From: Nitrospinales bacterium | Lineage (GTDB): Bacteria > Nitrospinota > Nitrospinia > Nitrospinales > VA-1 | DNA: 64,000 nt | Assembly (NCBI GenBank): GCA_965223795.1 | Contig: CBDCXL010000002.1 | Location: 1,536,001 to 1,600,000, forward strand | Direction: 5' to 3' | In this document: piece by piece, positions 50,513 through 59,367 of the stretch | Position numbering within the stretch: position 1 is the stretch's first letter | Layout: the number at the start of each line of letters is the position of its first letter | The notes under the pieces: model-generated | Told to the model about the DNA's origin: nothing | The model's input: the letters and a program-made list of their open reading frames with translations, nothing else | Databases searched by the model: none | Translations under genes and position numbers: made by a program

Positions 50513-51229
50513 TCAGGACTTGATGTCCAGCAGGGTGCCCAGCATCTCGTCCGAGGCTTTGATGACGTTGGCGTTGGCCTTGAACGCGGTTTTGGCGATG
50601 ATCTGATTGATGGCTTCTTCCGCGAGATCGACGTTGGAGCTTTCGAGCGCTCCGGACACCACGGTGCCGCGGCCTCCGGTTCCCGGCAGTCCGGTGACGG
50701 CGGCACCCGAAGCCTGGGAGGCGGTGAACAGGTTGCCGCCCTGGGCCGTGAGTCCGCCGGGGTTGTTGAAATCCGCAAGTTCGATGGTGCCGAGCGTCAC
50801 GCTGCTGCCGCCCACCTGCGCGGTGACCTGACCGGTGGGCGCCACGCTGACGCCGGTCGCGCCCTGGGGCACGCTGATCGGCGGCGACAAGGGATCGCCG
50901 GAAAACGTGGTGAGCTGCCCTGAAGCATCCACCTTGAAACCGCCGGCGCGGGTGTAGCCGGTGCCGCCGCCCTCAAGGCTCACCTGAAAATAGCCGTCGC
51001 CGTTGACCGCCAGCGCGAACGGATCGGACGCAGGGATCAACGCTCCGGGGGCGGTGTTTTTGCGGATCCCCAGAACCTGGGAACCGCCCGTGGCGTTGTC
51101 GGCGATCTGCGTCTCGCCTTTTTTAAAACCCGGCGTGTTGAGATTGGCGACGTTGTTGGCGCTGTTTTCCAGATTGCGCGCGGACGTCCTGAGACCGGAG
51201 AGGGCGTTGTACAGAGACTGGATGATCAT
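50513..51229 (-). CDS. Flagellar hook/basal-body rod family protein (FlgG/FlgE-like paralog)
   Basis: SLYNALSGL, ANNVANLNTPGFK, YTRAG and LESSNVDLAEE. Confidence 0.88.
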   Translation of the reverse strand: MIIQSLYNALSGLRTSARNLENSANNVANLNTPGFKKGETQIADNATGGSQVLGIRKNTAPGALIPASDPFALAVNGDGYFQVSLEGGGTGYTRAGGFKVDASGQLTTFSGDPLSPPISVPQGATGVSVAPTGQVTAQVGGSSVTLGTIELADFNNPGGLTAQGGNLFTASQASGAAVTGLPGTGGRGTVVSGALESSNVDLAEEAINQIIAKTAFKANANVIKASDEMLGTLLDIKS

Positions 51230-51288
51230 GAACGGACCCCTTGAACGAGGTGGAAACACCGGGGCCGTGCGTGTCAAACCCCAGAATC

Positions 51289-51801
51289 TCAGTATAAAAC
51301 TTCGCTTTGGGGGTTCAACGGCATATTGCCGAAGCCGTCCTTTTTCAAGGATTTCAGGGAGAGGGTCATGGCGGTCTCGTCGCAGTTGTCCTTGTGCAGG
51401 CAGCCTTCGCAGTCGTTGTAGACTTTCACGGGCAAAGACTGTTTGTCGACCACGTTGAAACCGAGGCGGGTGAACAGATCGACGGCGTAGGTGAACACGA
51501 ACAGCGTTTCGTTGCCGGGGGCGAGCGCTTCCTCGATGCAGGCGCGCACCAGGGCGCTGCCGATGCCCTGCCGGTAGTGGGCGGGATGCACGGCCAGAGA
51601 GCGGATCTCCAAAAGCGGTTCCCATCCGGTTTTGAGGCTGCACAGGCCGACGATGTGGCCCTGCCGCTCGGCAACCCAGAACTCGCCGATGTTGCGCCGG
51701 ATCTCATCGAGCGTGCGCGCGAGCATCTGGCCCTGCTCCGCATAAAGCAGAATCAGGCTCTGGATTTCCGTTGCGTCTTCGATTGTGGCTTTGCGAATCA
51801 T
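51289..51801 (-). CDS. argA: GNAT N-acetyltransferase (short ArgA-type N-acetylglutamate synthase)
   Basis: EIRSLAV..RQGIG and LPVKVYNDC..C..CDE; in the argH cluster; start may be 51810 or 51825. Confidence 0.75.
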   Translation of the reverse strand: MIRKATIEDATEIQSLILLYAEQGQMLARTLDEIRRNIGEFWVAERQGHIVGLCSLKTGWEPLLEIRSLAVHPAHYRQGIGSALVRACIEEALAPGNETLFVFTYAVDLFTRLGFNVVDKQSLPVKVYNDCEGCLHKDNCDETAMTLSLKSLKKDGFGNMPLNPQSEVLY

Positions 51802-51825
51802 GTTCCTCATTATTCCAGCCGCCAT

Positions 51826-53037
51826 TCACACGGCTTTTTGATCGCTCCCGGCCGCAGGATCATCCAGCTTGCGGGTGACGGCGTCGAGCAGATCCCGGTG
51901 CGTGGCCACCGCGTCGCCGGGATAGGAGACGGCGGCCAGACTGAGCTTGAGCGTTTCGAATCCTTCGAAATCCGGGAACGACAGCCCTTTGAGAGCGTCC
52001 TCGATCCGTTCGGCGACGCGCGCCGCGCCCGGCCCGTCGATATTGGGCAGCAGCGCCAGAAACTCATCCTTGTCCGTCCGGATCAGGGTGTCGCAGGAAC
52101 GGCAGTGATTTCTGAGGAGCGAGCCGATGCTTTTCTGGATGGTGTCCGCTGCGGATTCCCCCCAAGTATCCAAAAGATCGCCGAAATAGTCAATGCGCAT
52201 TTTGATGCAGGACAGGCTCTTGCCCCGGCGTTTCGCCAGATCGAACTCGCGGAACAGCACCGGATCGAGATACGCCCGATTGTACAGTCCGGTGGGCTCG
52301 TCGGTGACGGTGCCGGATTCGAGCCGCTCGATCAACAGGATGTGGTCGATGGCGATGGCGAGCTTTTCCGCCATGCCTTCGAGAAAATCGGTGCGCAGTC
52401 CGGGGTAAAAATGAAACGCCCGCGGGCTGCCGAGCACGATGGCCCCGGCGATGTCGCCGCGCACGCGGATGGGGATGAGCGCCTCGGAGCGGACGGACTC
52501 GGTCGCCTCGGGATCGTCGAACACATGGGAATCGCCCTTCACCTCGCCGCGCAGCACGGGTTTGCCGCCTTCTTCGAACCAGGCGGCCACGGTGTCCGCA
52601 GTGATGAATTTCAGCGCCTTGTTTTTGACCGTCCCGTATTTTTCGCGCAGGCGGTTTTCGATGAAATGATCGCCGCCCTCGGCCAGGCACACGCGCACGT
52701 GCGGGATGGCGAAGCGGGTGGTGATCTCTTCTTCGAGCTGGCTCACCAGTTGATCGAGGTTGGAGCTTTTGAGGATCAGCCGTTCGATCTCCGCCAGGTG
52801 TTCTTGAATGGTCTGGTTGGCCTGGGACACTTCCACCAGCCAGTCGAGGTGGCTTTGCAGGTGCGCCTTGTCGTCGTGCGCCCGCTTGATGATGCGGTCG
52901 GCGAGGCTCACGGTGCCGGCCGGCAAAAGCGGCAGGTCCGCCTCGTCGATGGCCTTTATCTTTTTCAACAGTTCAGGGTAGTCGTTGAAAAATTCCAAAT
53001 GCTCGTTCAAGTAAAGGGCGATTTGGTCTTTGTCCAT
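51826..53037 (-). CDS. DUF484/GAF plus degenerate GGDEF domain protein
   Basis: IALYLNEHLEFF (DUF484/YigA-like), GAF (RSEALIP, TDFL), DEPTGLYNR and RSCD..RTDKDEF. Confidence 0.8.
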   Translation of the reverse strand: MDKDQIALYLNEHLEFFNDYPELLKKIKAIDEADLPLLPAGTVSLADRIIKRAHDDKAHLQSHLDWLVEVSQANQTIQEHLAEIERLILKSSNLDQLVSQLEEEITTRFAIPHVRVCLAEGGDHFIENRLREKYGTVKNKALKFITADTVAAWFEEGGKPVLRGEVKGDSHVFDDPEATESVRSEALIPIRVRGDIAGAIVLGSPRAFHFYPGLRTDFLEGMAEKLAIAIDHILLIERLESGTVTDEPTGLYNRAYLDPVLFREFDLAKRRGKSLSCIKMRIDYFGDLLDTWGESAADTIQKSIGSLLRNHCRSCDTLIRTDKDEFLALLPNIDGPGAARVAERIEDALKGLSFPDFEGFETLKLSLAAVSYPGDAVATHRDLLDAVTRKLDDPAAGSDQKAV

Positions 53038-53186
53038 GCGCGTATCCTTGTAAAAAGGAATGAATGGAGTGTCCGATGATCAGGGTGCTGCTCTACGGAA
53101 AAATACCGGCACAGTATAAAACGATACAAGAGTCAAATATCCCAATTCCGGCAGCGGCCACGGCATCCAGGGTTCGCAGCCGTTCG

Positions 53187-53324
53187 TCAGTAGCCGGGGG
53201 AGTTTCGGGGCGGCGGCTTGCCGTCGCCGGAACTGGGCGGCGCTTTGTGGCCGCAGGCGATGGGGAAACAGAGCGCCGCCAAAATCAGAACGGCGGTCAG
53301 CAATTTCACGCAGGTCCGTTTCAT
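53187..53324 (-). CDS. Small lipoprotein (YifL/LptM-like)
   Basis: GAGG RBS, lipobox IACG followed by HKAPP; typical position after argH. Confidence 0.65.
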   Translation of the reverse strand: MKRTCVKLLTAVLILAALCFPIACGHKAPPSSGDGKPPPRNSPGY

Positions 53325-53346
53325 GGTTGCATCCTCAATGCGTTGG

Positions 53347-54741
53347 TTATTTTTTTGCGGCGCTGCGGGCATTCAATTGCTTGCGCCAGCGCGCGATCTG
53401 CTCGCGCACGCGTTTTTTCGCGGTGCCGCCGTAAGATAGCTTTGCATTCACAGAGTTTTCGATGCGGAGCTTATCGTAAATATCCGCTTCGATTTTCGCG
53501 GAAATCTTTTTCAGCTCGGCGTGCGGGATCCCGGCGAGCGTGGTCTTGCGCTTCAGGCACAGCGCCACGGTCTTGCCGGTGATGGCGTGCGCTTCGCGGA
53601 ACGGCACGCCTTTCATCGCCAGGTAATCGGCGAGGTCGGTGGCGGTCATGAATCCGCGCGCTTCCAGATCATCCGGATCGAGCTTTTTGAACTTCGCGGT
53701 TTTGAGCATGCCGTTCATCACGTTCAAAGACGCGCGCACGGTCTCCACGGTGTCGAACAGGGGTTCCTTGTCTTCCTGCAGATCGCGGTTGTAGGCGAGC
53801 GGCAGCGATTTCATCAGCGTCAGCAGCGCCATGAGGTTGCCGTACACCCGGCCGGTTTTCCCGCGCACCAGTTCGGCGGGATCGGGATTTTTTTTCTGCG
53901 GCATGATGCTCGATCCGGTGGCGAACGCATCGGACAATTCGATGAACTCGAATTCGCTGGAAGACCACAGGATGATTTCCTCGCACAGGCGGCTCAGGTG
54001 CATCATGACGATGGATGCGGCGGCGAGAAACTCGACGATGAAATCCCGATCGCCCACCGCGTCCATGCTGTTGGCGGACACGGCTTTGAATTTCAACAGC
54101 CGCGCCGTGTATTTCCGGTCGATGGGGAAATTGGTGCCGGCGAGCGCGGCGGAGCCCAGGGGCATCACATCGATGCGCTTGAGCGCGTCGATGAACCGTT
54201 CCTTATCGCGCATCAGCATCTCCAGGTGCGCGAGCAGATGGTGCGACAGCAGCACCGGCTGCGCCCGCTGCAAATGCGTGTAACCGGGCAGGATGTTCCC
54301 CAGGTTTTTGTCGGCCAACGCGAGCAGGGTTTTGCCAAGCTGCGTGATCTCTTTGATGAGGGCCTGCGTTTCTTCGCGAAGGTACAGCCGCACATCGAGG
54401 CACACCTGATCGTTGCGGCTGCGCGCGGTGTGCAGCTTGCCCGCCACCGGGCCGATCAACTCGGCCAGGCGGGTTTCGATGTTCATGTGGATGTCTTCCA
54501 GATCCTCGCGCAGCGGGAACGCGCCGGTCTCGAATTCCTTTAATATTTTTCCGAGTCCCTGGATGATTTTTTTCGACTCGGCGGCGGTGAGGATCTTGCA
54601 CTTTTCCAGCATTTTGCAGTGGGCGATGCTGCCTTCGATGTCGTGCCGGTAGAGCACTTGGTCGAAACCGATGGAGGCGGAAAACCGTTCCATCAAGCGG
54701 TCGGTCGCATCGCTGAATCTGCCGCTCCAGGGTTTTTTCAA
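53347..54741 (-). CDS. argH: Argininosuccinate lyase
   Basis: PWSGRF, ARSRNDQ, GYTHLQ and GSSIMPQKKNPD. Confidence 0.97.
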   Translation of the reverse strand: MKKPWSGRFSDATDRLMERFSASIGFDQVLYRHDIEGSIAHCKMLEKCKILTAAESKKIIQGLGKILKEFETGAFPLREDLEDIHMNIETRLAELIGPVAGKLHTARSRNDQVCLDVRLYLREETQALIKEITQLGKTLLALADKNLGNILPGYTHLQRAQPVLLSHHLLAHLEMLMRDKERFIDALKRIDVMPLGSAALAGTNFPIDRKYTARLLKFKAVSANSMDAVGDRDFIVEFLAAASIVMMHLSRLCEEIILWSSSEFEFIELSDAFATGSSIMPQKKNPDPAELVRGKTGRVYGNLMALLTLMKSLPLAYNRDLQEDKEPLFDTVETVRASLNVMNGMLKTAKFKKLDPDDLEARGFMTATDLADYLAMKGVPFREAHAITGKTVALCLKRKTTLAGIPHAELKKISAKIEADIYDKLRIENSVNAKLSYGGTAKKRVREQIARWRKQLNARSAAKK

Positions 54742-54852
54742 GACGCCATCTCCAACAGAGCGGACAACCGCTTCATCACTTTTACGGAAAAAGGCTCGTT
54801 CACGGCTTGCACTCCAAATGCGGGTGACGCGATCCGGGGATGAAACAAAAAT

Positions 54853-56004
54853 TCACGCGGCCGGGCGGGGAAGGGCGTCGGGCCGGGTCTGCCACTTGTC
54901 CTTTTGCACGATGTTCACCCGGGTCCCTTCGGGAACCATTTTGGCGAGAAAATGCAGGTACCACTCCTGGATGTTGGGACAGCCGGCGCTGCCGTTGCGC
55001 CAGTCGAAATTCTTCTTGAAAAATTCGTTCACCTTGTTCGCGTTGACGCCGTGCAGGCCGTAGCTGCCGGGAACCTGGGCGCCGATTTTTTTCATGCCCA
55101 GCCACCAGTAGCCGATCTCGTGATCCTGGTGCCCGAACGGAATGGCGCGCACTTTCACATTGCCGCCGACACGTTCCTTTTTATACCAGGTGGGTTTGTA
55201 GACCTTGTTGACGATGCGGTATTCGCCGGTCGGCGTTTCCTCGCCCACGCGGCCGAATATCGATTCGATTTCAAGGATTTCCTCGTCGTTGTAGTGAATG
55301 CGGATCACGCCGCTGTCCACGATGCCTAGAATATACCACAGGTTCGGATCGGTTTTGTAACTGGCGATCTCCCGCTTGTTGAAGTACAGGCCGACGCGGC
55401 CGCCCCGGCGGATGTATTCGGTGCGCGGGTCGTTGTACACCTGCTTGACGATGTATTTGAGATTTTCGGTGACCCGGTTGTTCTGGATCATGCGCTCGAC
55501 CATTTCGCTGAGCTCGCGGTTGTTTTTGCGGGAACGCGCGAGTTCGAGGGCGGCGGTCTCAAGGTCTTTGCGGATGCGCTCGTAGCCTTCCACTGACACC
55601 AGGCCGACGCTGTTGAGCCCGGCGTAAAAGGCGAAATCCATCTCGCGCTGCGTTTCCTGATCGAGCAGAAACTGGTAGACCACCCATCCCGCCGCGATCA
55701 GCGTCATCAAGGCAGCGGCGGTGACTTTGAGAGCGTCCTTGACCCGTTTGGAAACACGGTAGCGGGCCACTTCGAATTTGACTTTTTTTTCCTTGTCTTC
55801 CAGCGCGAGGAAACGGGCCTGCTTGAATTTTTGGAAGATGCGCTGTTCCAGGTGGGAGCGGGAGAAGGGATTGCCGCGCAGTTTATCGATGACGCGGTAG
55901 AGGTTTTCCCGGGTTTTGCGGTCGTAGCTGCCGCGGGGGTCCTTGTTGGCGATGAGGTTGTAATCGGCCACTTTCAGGACCGAAAGCTTGCTGTTTTCAC
56001 TCAT
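54853..56004 (-). CDS. Membrane-anchored L,D-transpeptidase (YkuD family) with novel N-terminal cytoplasmic domain and coiled coil
   Basis: TM helix (VTAAALMTLIAAGWVVY), coiled coil, ETPTGEYRI..K and YGLHG...SAGC catalytic His/Cys. Confidence 0.85.
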   Translation of the reverse strand: MSENSKLSVLKVADYNLIANKDPRGSYDRKTRENLYRVIDKLRGNPFSRSHLEQRIFQKFKQARFLALEDKEKKVKFEVARYRVSKRVKDALKVTAAALMTLIAAGWVVYQFLLDQETQREMDFAFYAGLNSVGLVSVEGYERIRKDLETAALELARSRKNNRELSEMVERMIQNNRVTENLKYIVKQVYNDPRTEYIRRGGRVGLYFNKREIASYKTDPNLWYILGIVDSGVIRIHYNDEEILEIESIFGRVGEETPTGEYRIVNKVYKPTWYKKERVGGNVKVRAIPFGHQDHEIGYWWLGMKKIGAQVPGSYGLHGVNANKVNEFFKKNFDWRNGSAGCPNIQEWYLHFLAKMVPEGTRVNIVQKDKWQTRPDALPRPAA

Positions 56005-56144
56005 GCGGCCAACTCGGAATGCGAAAGGTTGTCTGTGCCGGTGTCCGGCCGGAGCCGGGAAACCGTGGTGCCTCACCTCCTAAGAAGTTAACAGTTTAAA
56101 CAAAATACATTCAATTTCCAAGTAATTTATCCCAAAACCCCTTG

Positions 56145-56705
56145 TTATCCCGTGGATAACAGCCGTTTCGGCCTGGTTTTTTCCTTGACCGAAAATTCCT
56201 GCGGCTGCCGGGGCATGGTGCTTTTGCCTTCGAAGATGGCGCCCATCTCGATGTGGATCGAAGGGGTCTGGACGGTGCCCTTGAGCATGCCGCCGTCGGC
56301 GATCTTCACCCGGCTGAGCGCCTGCACGTCGCCTTCGATGCGACCTTCGCAGATCACGGCGCCGGCCGACACACTGCCCCGTACCCAGCCCTTGGGCTCG
56401 ACGATGAGGGTCTCCTTCAGGATGATCTCGCCGTCGAAATGGCCGCGCACGCGCATGCCGCCGGGATGCAGGATGCGGCCTTCGGACTCGGTGCCGGATT
56501 CGAGCAGGATGTCGAAATGGCTGTCGGAAAATTTCCGGTAGATCTTTTTTTCACGGCTCGAACAGCGGTTCAGGTTGTCCGCGAGTTTCTGGATGATGCG
56601 GTAGAGGTTCTCGCGGGTCGTGGTGTCGTAGGTGCCGCCGGGCGCCGTGTCCTTGATCAGGTTGTACTCGGATGCGGTCAATACTTTGAATTTTTTTCCA
56701 AACAT
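56145..56705 (-). CDS. Bactofilin (polymer-forming cytoskeletal protein) with novel N-terminal domain
   Basis: C-terminal GMRVRGHFDGEI..LIV..GWVRGSV..VICEGRIEGDV..GTVQTPSIHIEMGAIFEG. Confidence 0.88.
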   Translation of the reverse strand: MFGKKFKVLTASEYNLIKDTAPGGTYDTTTRENLYRIIQKLADNLNRCSSREKKIYRKFSDSHFDILLESGTESEGRILHPGGMRVRGHFDGEIILKETLIVEPKGWVRGSVSAGAVICEGRIEGDVQALSRVKIADGGMLKGTVQTPSIHIEMGAIFEGKSTMPRQPQEFSVKEKTRPKRLLSTG

Positions 56706-56708
56706 GGC

Positions 56709-58025
56709 TCAGTGCACGCTTCCGGAAAGGCGTCCGAACATCCCTGCCAGACTGGGTTTGCCTTTCCTTTCGAGGTAATTGAGGATGTCCCTGTTGTCGT
56801 CCGCCAGGGTCGGACTGGATTCGTTGCCGGTGACGATGCTCTCCGCGACCAGGTCCATTCGGGCGCGCAGGGATTTGTCCTTGTTGTAAAACAAGGCGCC
56901 GCGGTTGTTGGTGATTTTGATGATCTTGTGCTGCGGCATCATCCCGACGATGTGTATCCGGTCTTTGTATTTCTGGAATTTGTCCAGGGTATCAAGATAC
57001 TCTCTCAGACGATTAAGGCAAGCGGAAATTTCGTGCGTTTCCTCACATCGGTTGAAGAAAATTCCTATTTTCTTGTTCCGAAACACTTCGTCCAGCGCGG
57101 CGGGTCCTTTTTTGGCGATCACCCGGTTCACGTACGCCTTGTCGAGGTTTGTCAAACGGCTCTTTTGGTACTCTTCGAGAAAATCCTCGTAATAGTCGAT
57201 GAAGGTGTGCAGCGCGTCGATGCTGCCGTTGATGGCAATGGTGTTCGACATGTCGAACACGAGCACCACCTGATCGATGGCGTTCATCAGGGAGGACATG
57301 TGGCTGATGCCGCCGGCGGGCGTGTCGAGGATGACGTGCTCGAACTTTTCGAACACGCTGTTTAAAAACTCGAGAAACAGCACCAGGAACGCGGGCTCGT
57401 TGATGCGCTTTCGGTGCTTCTTTTTGCCCAGCACCGGAACTTCTCCGCCGATGATGGAAAAGCCGTACTCTTCGATGTGATTGACGTACTCTTCGACGAT
57501 GGGCTGCGAGTTGGCCTGCACCTGATCGAGCCGCTTGCGGAACGCGGTGAGGTCGATCTGGTCGAGCACGGGTTTCAGTTCTTTGAGCTGGCTTATGCTT
57601 TCGATCCGGGAGCGGTTGAGAAACAGATCGTAGATGGCGTCACCGAACTCAAACTGGGAAAAGTGAAACAACTGGGTGCCCAGCGTCTTATATAACGAAA
57701 AGCTTTTTGCCAGGTGGCGGTGGTTGCGATCGAGATCGCCTTCGAAAAAATTGTGGAAGGTGACGAGGATGCGGTACAGGGTGTGTAAAAAATCCCCCTG
57801 GTAGGTTTTGTTGTCGAGCGTTTCAAACAGATCGAAGAAGGTTTTTTTGGGATGGCTGTCGAGGATGCTGGAGACGGTGGGGAGCCTGAGGTCCAGATCC
57901 ACCAGGCAGACGGGATCGCGGTTTTGTTTCTGCTCCAGTGCGCGGGTCAGCGCGGCGGCGGTGTTGATGGACAACGTGGTTTTACCGATGCCGCCTTTCG
58001 GGCCGATGATGGAAACGATGGCCAT
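56709..58025 (-). CDS. MinD/ParA-family ATPase with large insertion and C-terminal amphipathic helix
   Basis: GPKGGIGKTT, LVDLDL and VILDTPAG; C-terminus KPSLAGMFGRLSG. Confidence 0.85.
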   Translation of the reverse strand: MAIVSIIGPKGGIGKTTLSINTAAALTRALEQKQNRDPVCLVDLDLRLPTVSSILDSHPKKTFFDLFETLDNKTYQGDFLHTLYRILVTFHNFFEGDLDRNHRHLAKSFSLYKTLGTQLFHFSQFEFGDAIYDLFLNRSRIESISQLKELKPVLDQIDLTAFRKRLDQVQANSQPIVEEYVNHIEEYGFSIIGGEVPVLGKKKHRKRINEPAFLVLFLEFLNSVFEKFEHVILDTPAGGISHMSSLMNAIDQVVLVFDMSNTIAINGSIDALHTFIDYYEDFLEEYQKSRLTNLDKAYVNRVIAKKGPAALDEVFRNKKIGIFFNRCEETHEISACLNRLREYLDTLDKFQKYKDRIHIVGMMPQHKIIKITNNRGALFYNKDKSLRARMDLVAESIVTGNESSPTLADDNRDILNYLERKGKPSLAGMFGRLSGSVH

Positions 58026-58766
58026 TCAACCTTCCTTGCTTTTGCGCGGGCAGCCTTCGAGGATCAACGTGATCTCTCCCTTGAAGGTCCGGGTTTCCGC
58101 CAGTTCGATGAGCGAGCTCAGTCTGCCGCGCACCACTTCTTCAAACTTTTTCGTCAGTTCCCGTGCGAGCGCCGCCCTGCGGTCGCCGAGGGCGGTGTGC
58201 AGATCCTTTAGCGTTTTCAAAATCCGCTGCGGCGATTCGTACAGCACCAGGGTGCGTTTTTCTAAAGCCAGCGCCTCCAGGTGGGTCTTTCTGCCTTTTT
58301 TGCGCGGCAGAAAACCCTCGAACACAAACCGGTCCATCGGCAGCCCGGAAACAGTGAGCGCGGCCAGGACGGCGGAAGGACCGGGCGATGCGATCACACC
58401 GACATCGGCATCGAGCGCCAGCTGCACCAGATGATACAGGGGATCGGAGATCCCAGGCGTCCCCGCATCCGATACCAGGGCGATGTCGTTTCCCTCCTCA
58501 AGCAGCCGGATCAACTGCGGGCCTTTGCGGGCCTGGTTGTGGCTGTTGTAGCTTGCGAGTTTCGACCGGATGGCATAATGGTTCAACAGGATGCGAGTCC
58601 GGCGCGTGTCTTCGGCGGCGATCAGGTGCGCGTTGCGCAACAATTCGATCGCGCGCAGGGTGATGTCGGCGAGATTGCCGATGGGCGTGCTGACAATGAA
58701 CAGGGTTCCTTTGCCGGCGCACTCATCACCGCCGCTATTCATAGCGGAGGAATCCGGAGTCAACAT
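58026..58766 (-). CDS. rsmI: 16S rRNA (cytidine1402-2'-O)-methyltransferase
   Basis: TPIGNLADIT, AEDTR, SDAGTPGISDP, YESPQR and RELTK. Confidence 0.95.
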   Translation of the reverse strand: MLTPDSSAMNSGGDECAGKGTLFIVSTPIGNLADITLRAIELLRNAHLIAAEDTRRTRILLNHYAIRSKLASYNSHNQARKGPQLIRLLEEGNDIALVSDAGTPGISDPLYHLVQLALDADVGVIASPGPSAVLAALTVSGLPMDRFVFEGFLPRKKGRKTHLEALALEKRTLVLYESPQRILKTLKDLHTALGDRRAALARELTKKFEEVVRGRLSSLIELAETRTFKGEITLILEGCPRKSKEG

Positions 58767-58927
58767 TACCCCTCAGGCGCAGAATGGTCTCAAAAAACAT
58801 GGGTTTCATGGTGAAACGCGGCGGGGTGAAAGAGAATCAAGTGTGATCTTGTGCGGTGCTTGCGGTTGGGGGACTCCATCGGCGCGGCGGACTCACCCGG
58901 CGGAAACGCCGGGTGAGCCGTGCGCCA

Positions 58928-59332
58928 TCAGTTTGAGGCGGAACCCGCTGCCTCGATCTTTTCGTTTTTCACCAGCTTGACGATCTTGCTGCTCTGGCCC
59001 GTCATCTCGCACTGGCCGTCGAACACGCCCCCGACTTCCACATTGAGCGCCGGGGTCTTCACGGTCCCCACCACCTGCGAGCTGGAATGGATCTCCACCC
59101 GGTTGGTGGCGTTGATGGTGCCGTCGATCTTGCCCTTGCACACCACGGTGCCCGCGGTGATGTCGGCGACGAGGTGGCCGGTCTCTCCAACGATCAGCGT
59201 GTCCTGAGTCGTCACCTGCCCCTCGAACCTTCCGTCGATCCGCACCGTGCCCTCAAAGCTCAAGGACCCGTTGAACACCGCCTCTTCGCCCATATAGGCT
59301 TTGAGGTGTGCCTCCTCCTTTTTTGATGCCAT
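58928..59332 (-). CDS. Bactofilin (CcmA family)
   Basis: FNGSLSFEGTVRIDGRFEG..LIVGETG..GKIDG..VEVGGVFDGQC. Confidence 0.92.
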   Translation of the reverse strand: MASKKEEAHLKAYMGEEAVFNGSLSFEGTVRIDGRFEGQVTTQDTLIVGETGHLVADITAGTVVCKGKIDGTINATNRVEIHSSSQVVGTVKTPALNVEVGGVFDGQCEMTGQSSKIVKLVKNEKIEAAGSASN

Positions 59333-59367
59333 TGTCAACCCTCCACTTGACGTTGCTCAAGGCCTGG

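Noticed and set aside
50513..51643. 376-aa version of the FlgG-like ORF
   Set aside because: The extension overlaps argA in another frame; the conserved N-terminus begins at ATG 51229.
51307..53079. 590-aa + strand ORF
   Set aside because: Antisense to argA and the DUF484-GGDEF gene; a codon-bias shadow.
56127..56160. TTATCC-containing DnaA-box-like motifs
   Set aside because: All are imperfect and mostly within the last codons of the bactofilin gene; there is no box cluster typical of oriC.
58802..58818. GTTTCATGGTGAAAC palindrome resembling parS
   Set aside because: It has one extra central base relative to the 16-bp parS consensus, so the spacing is wrong.
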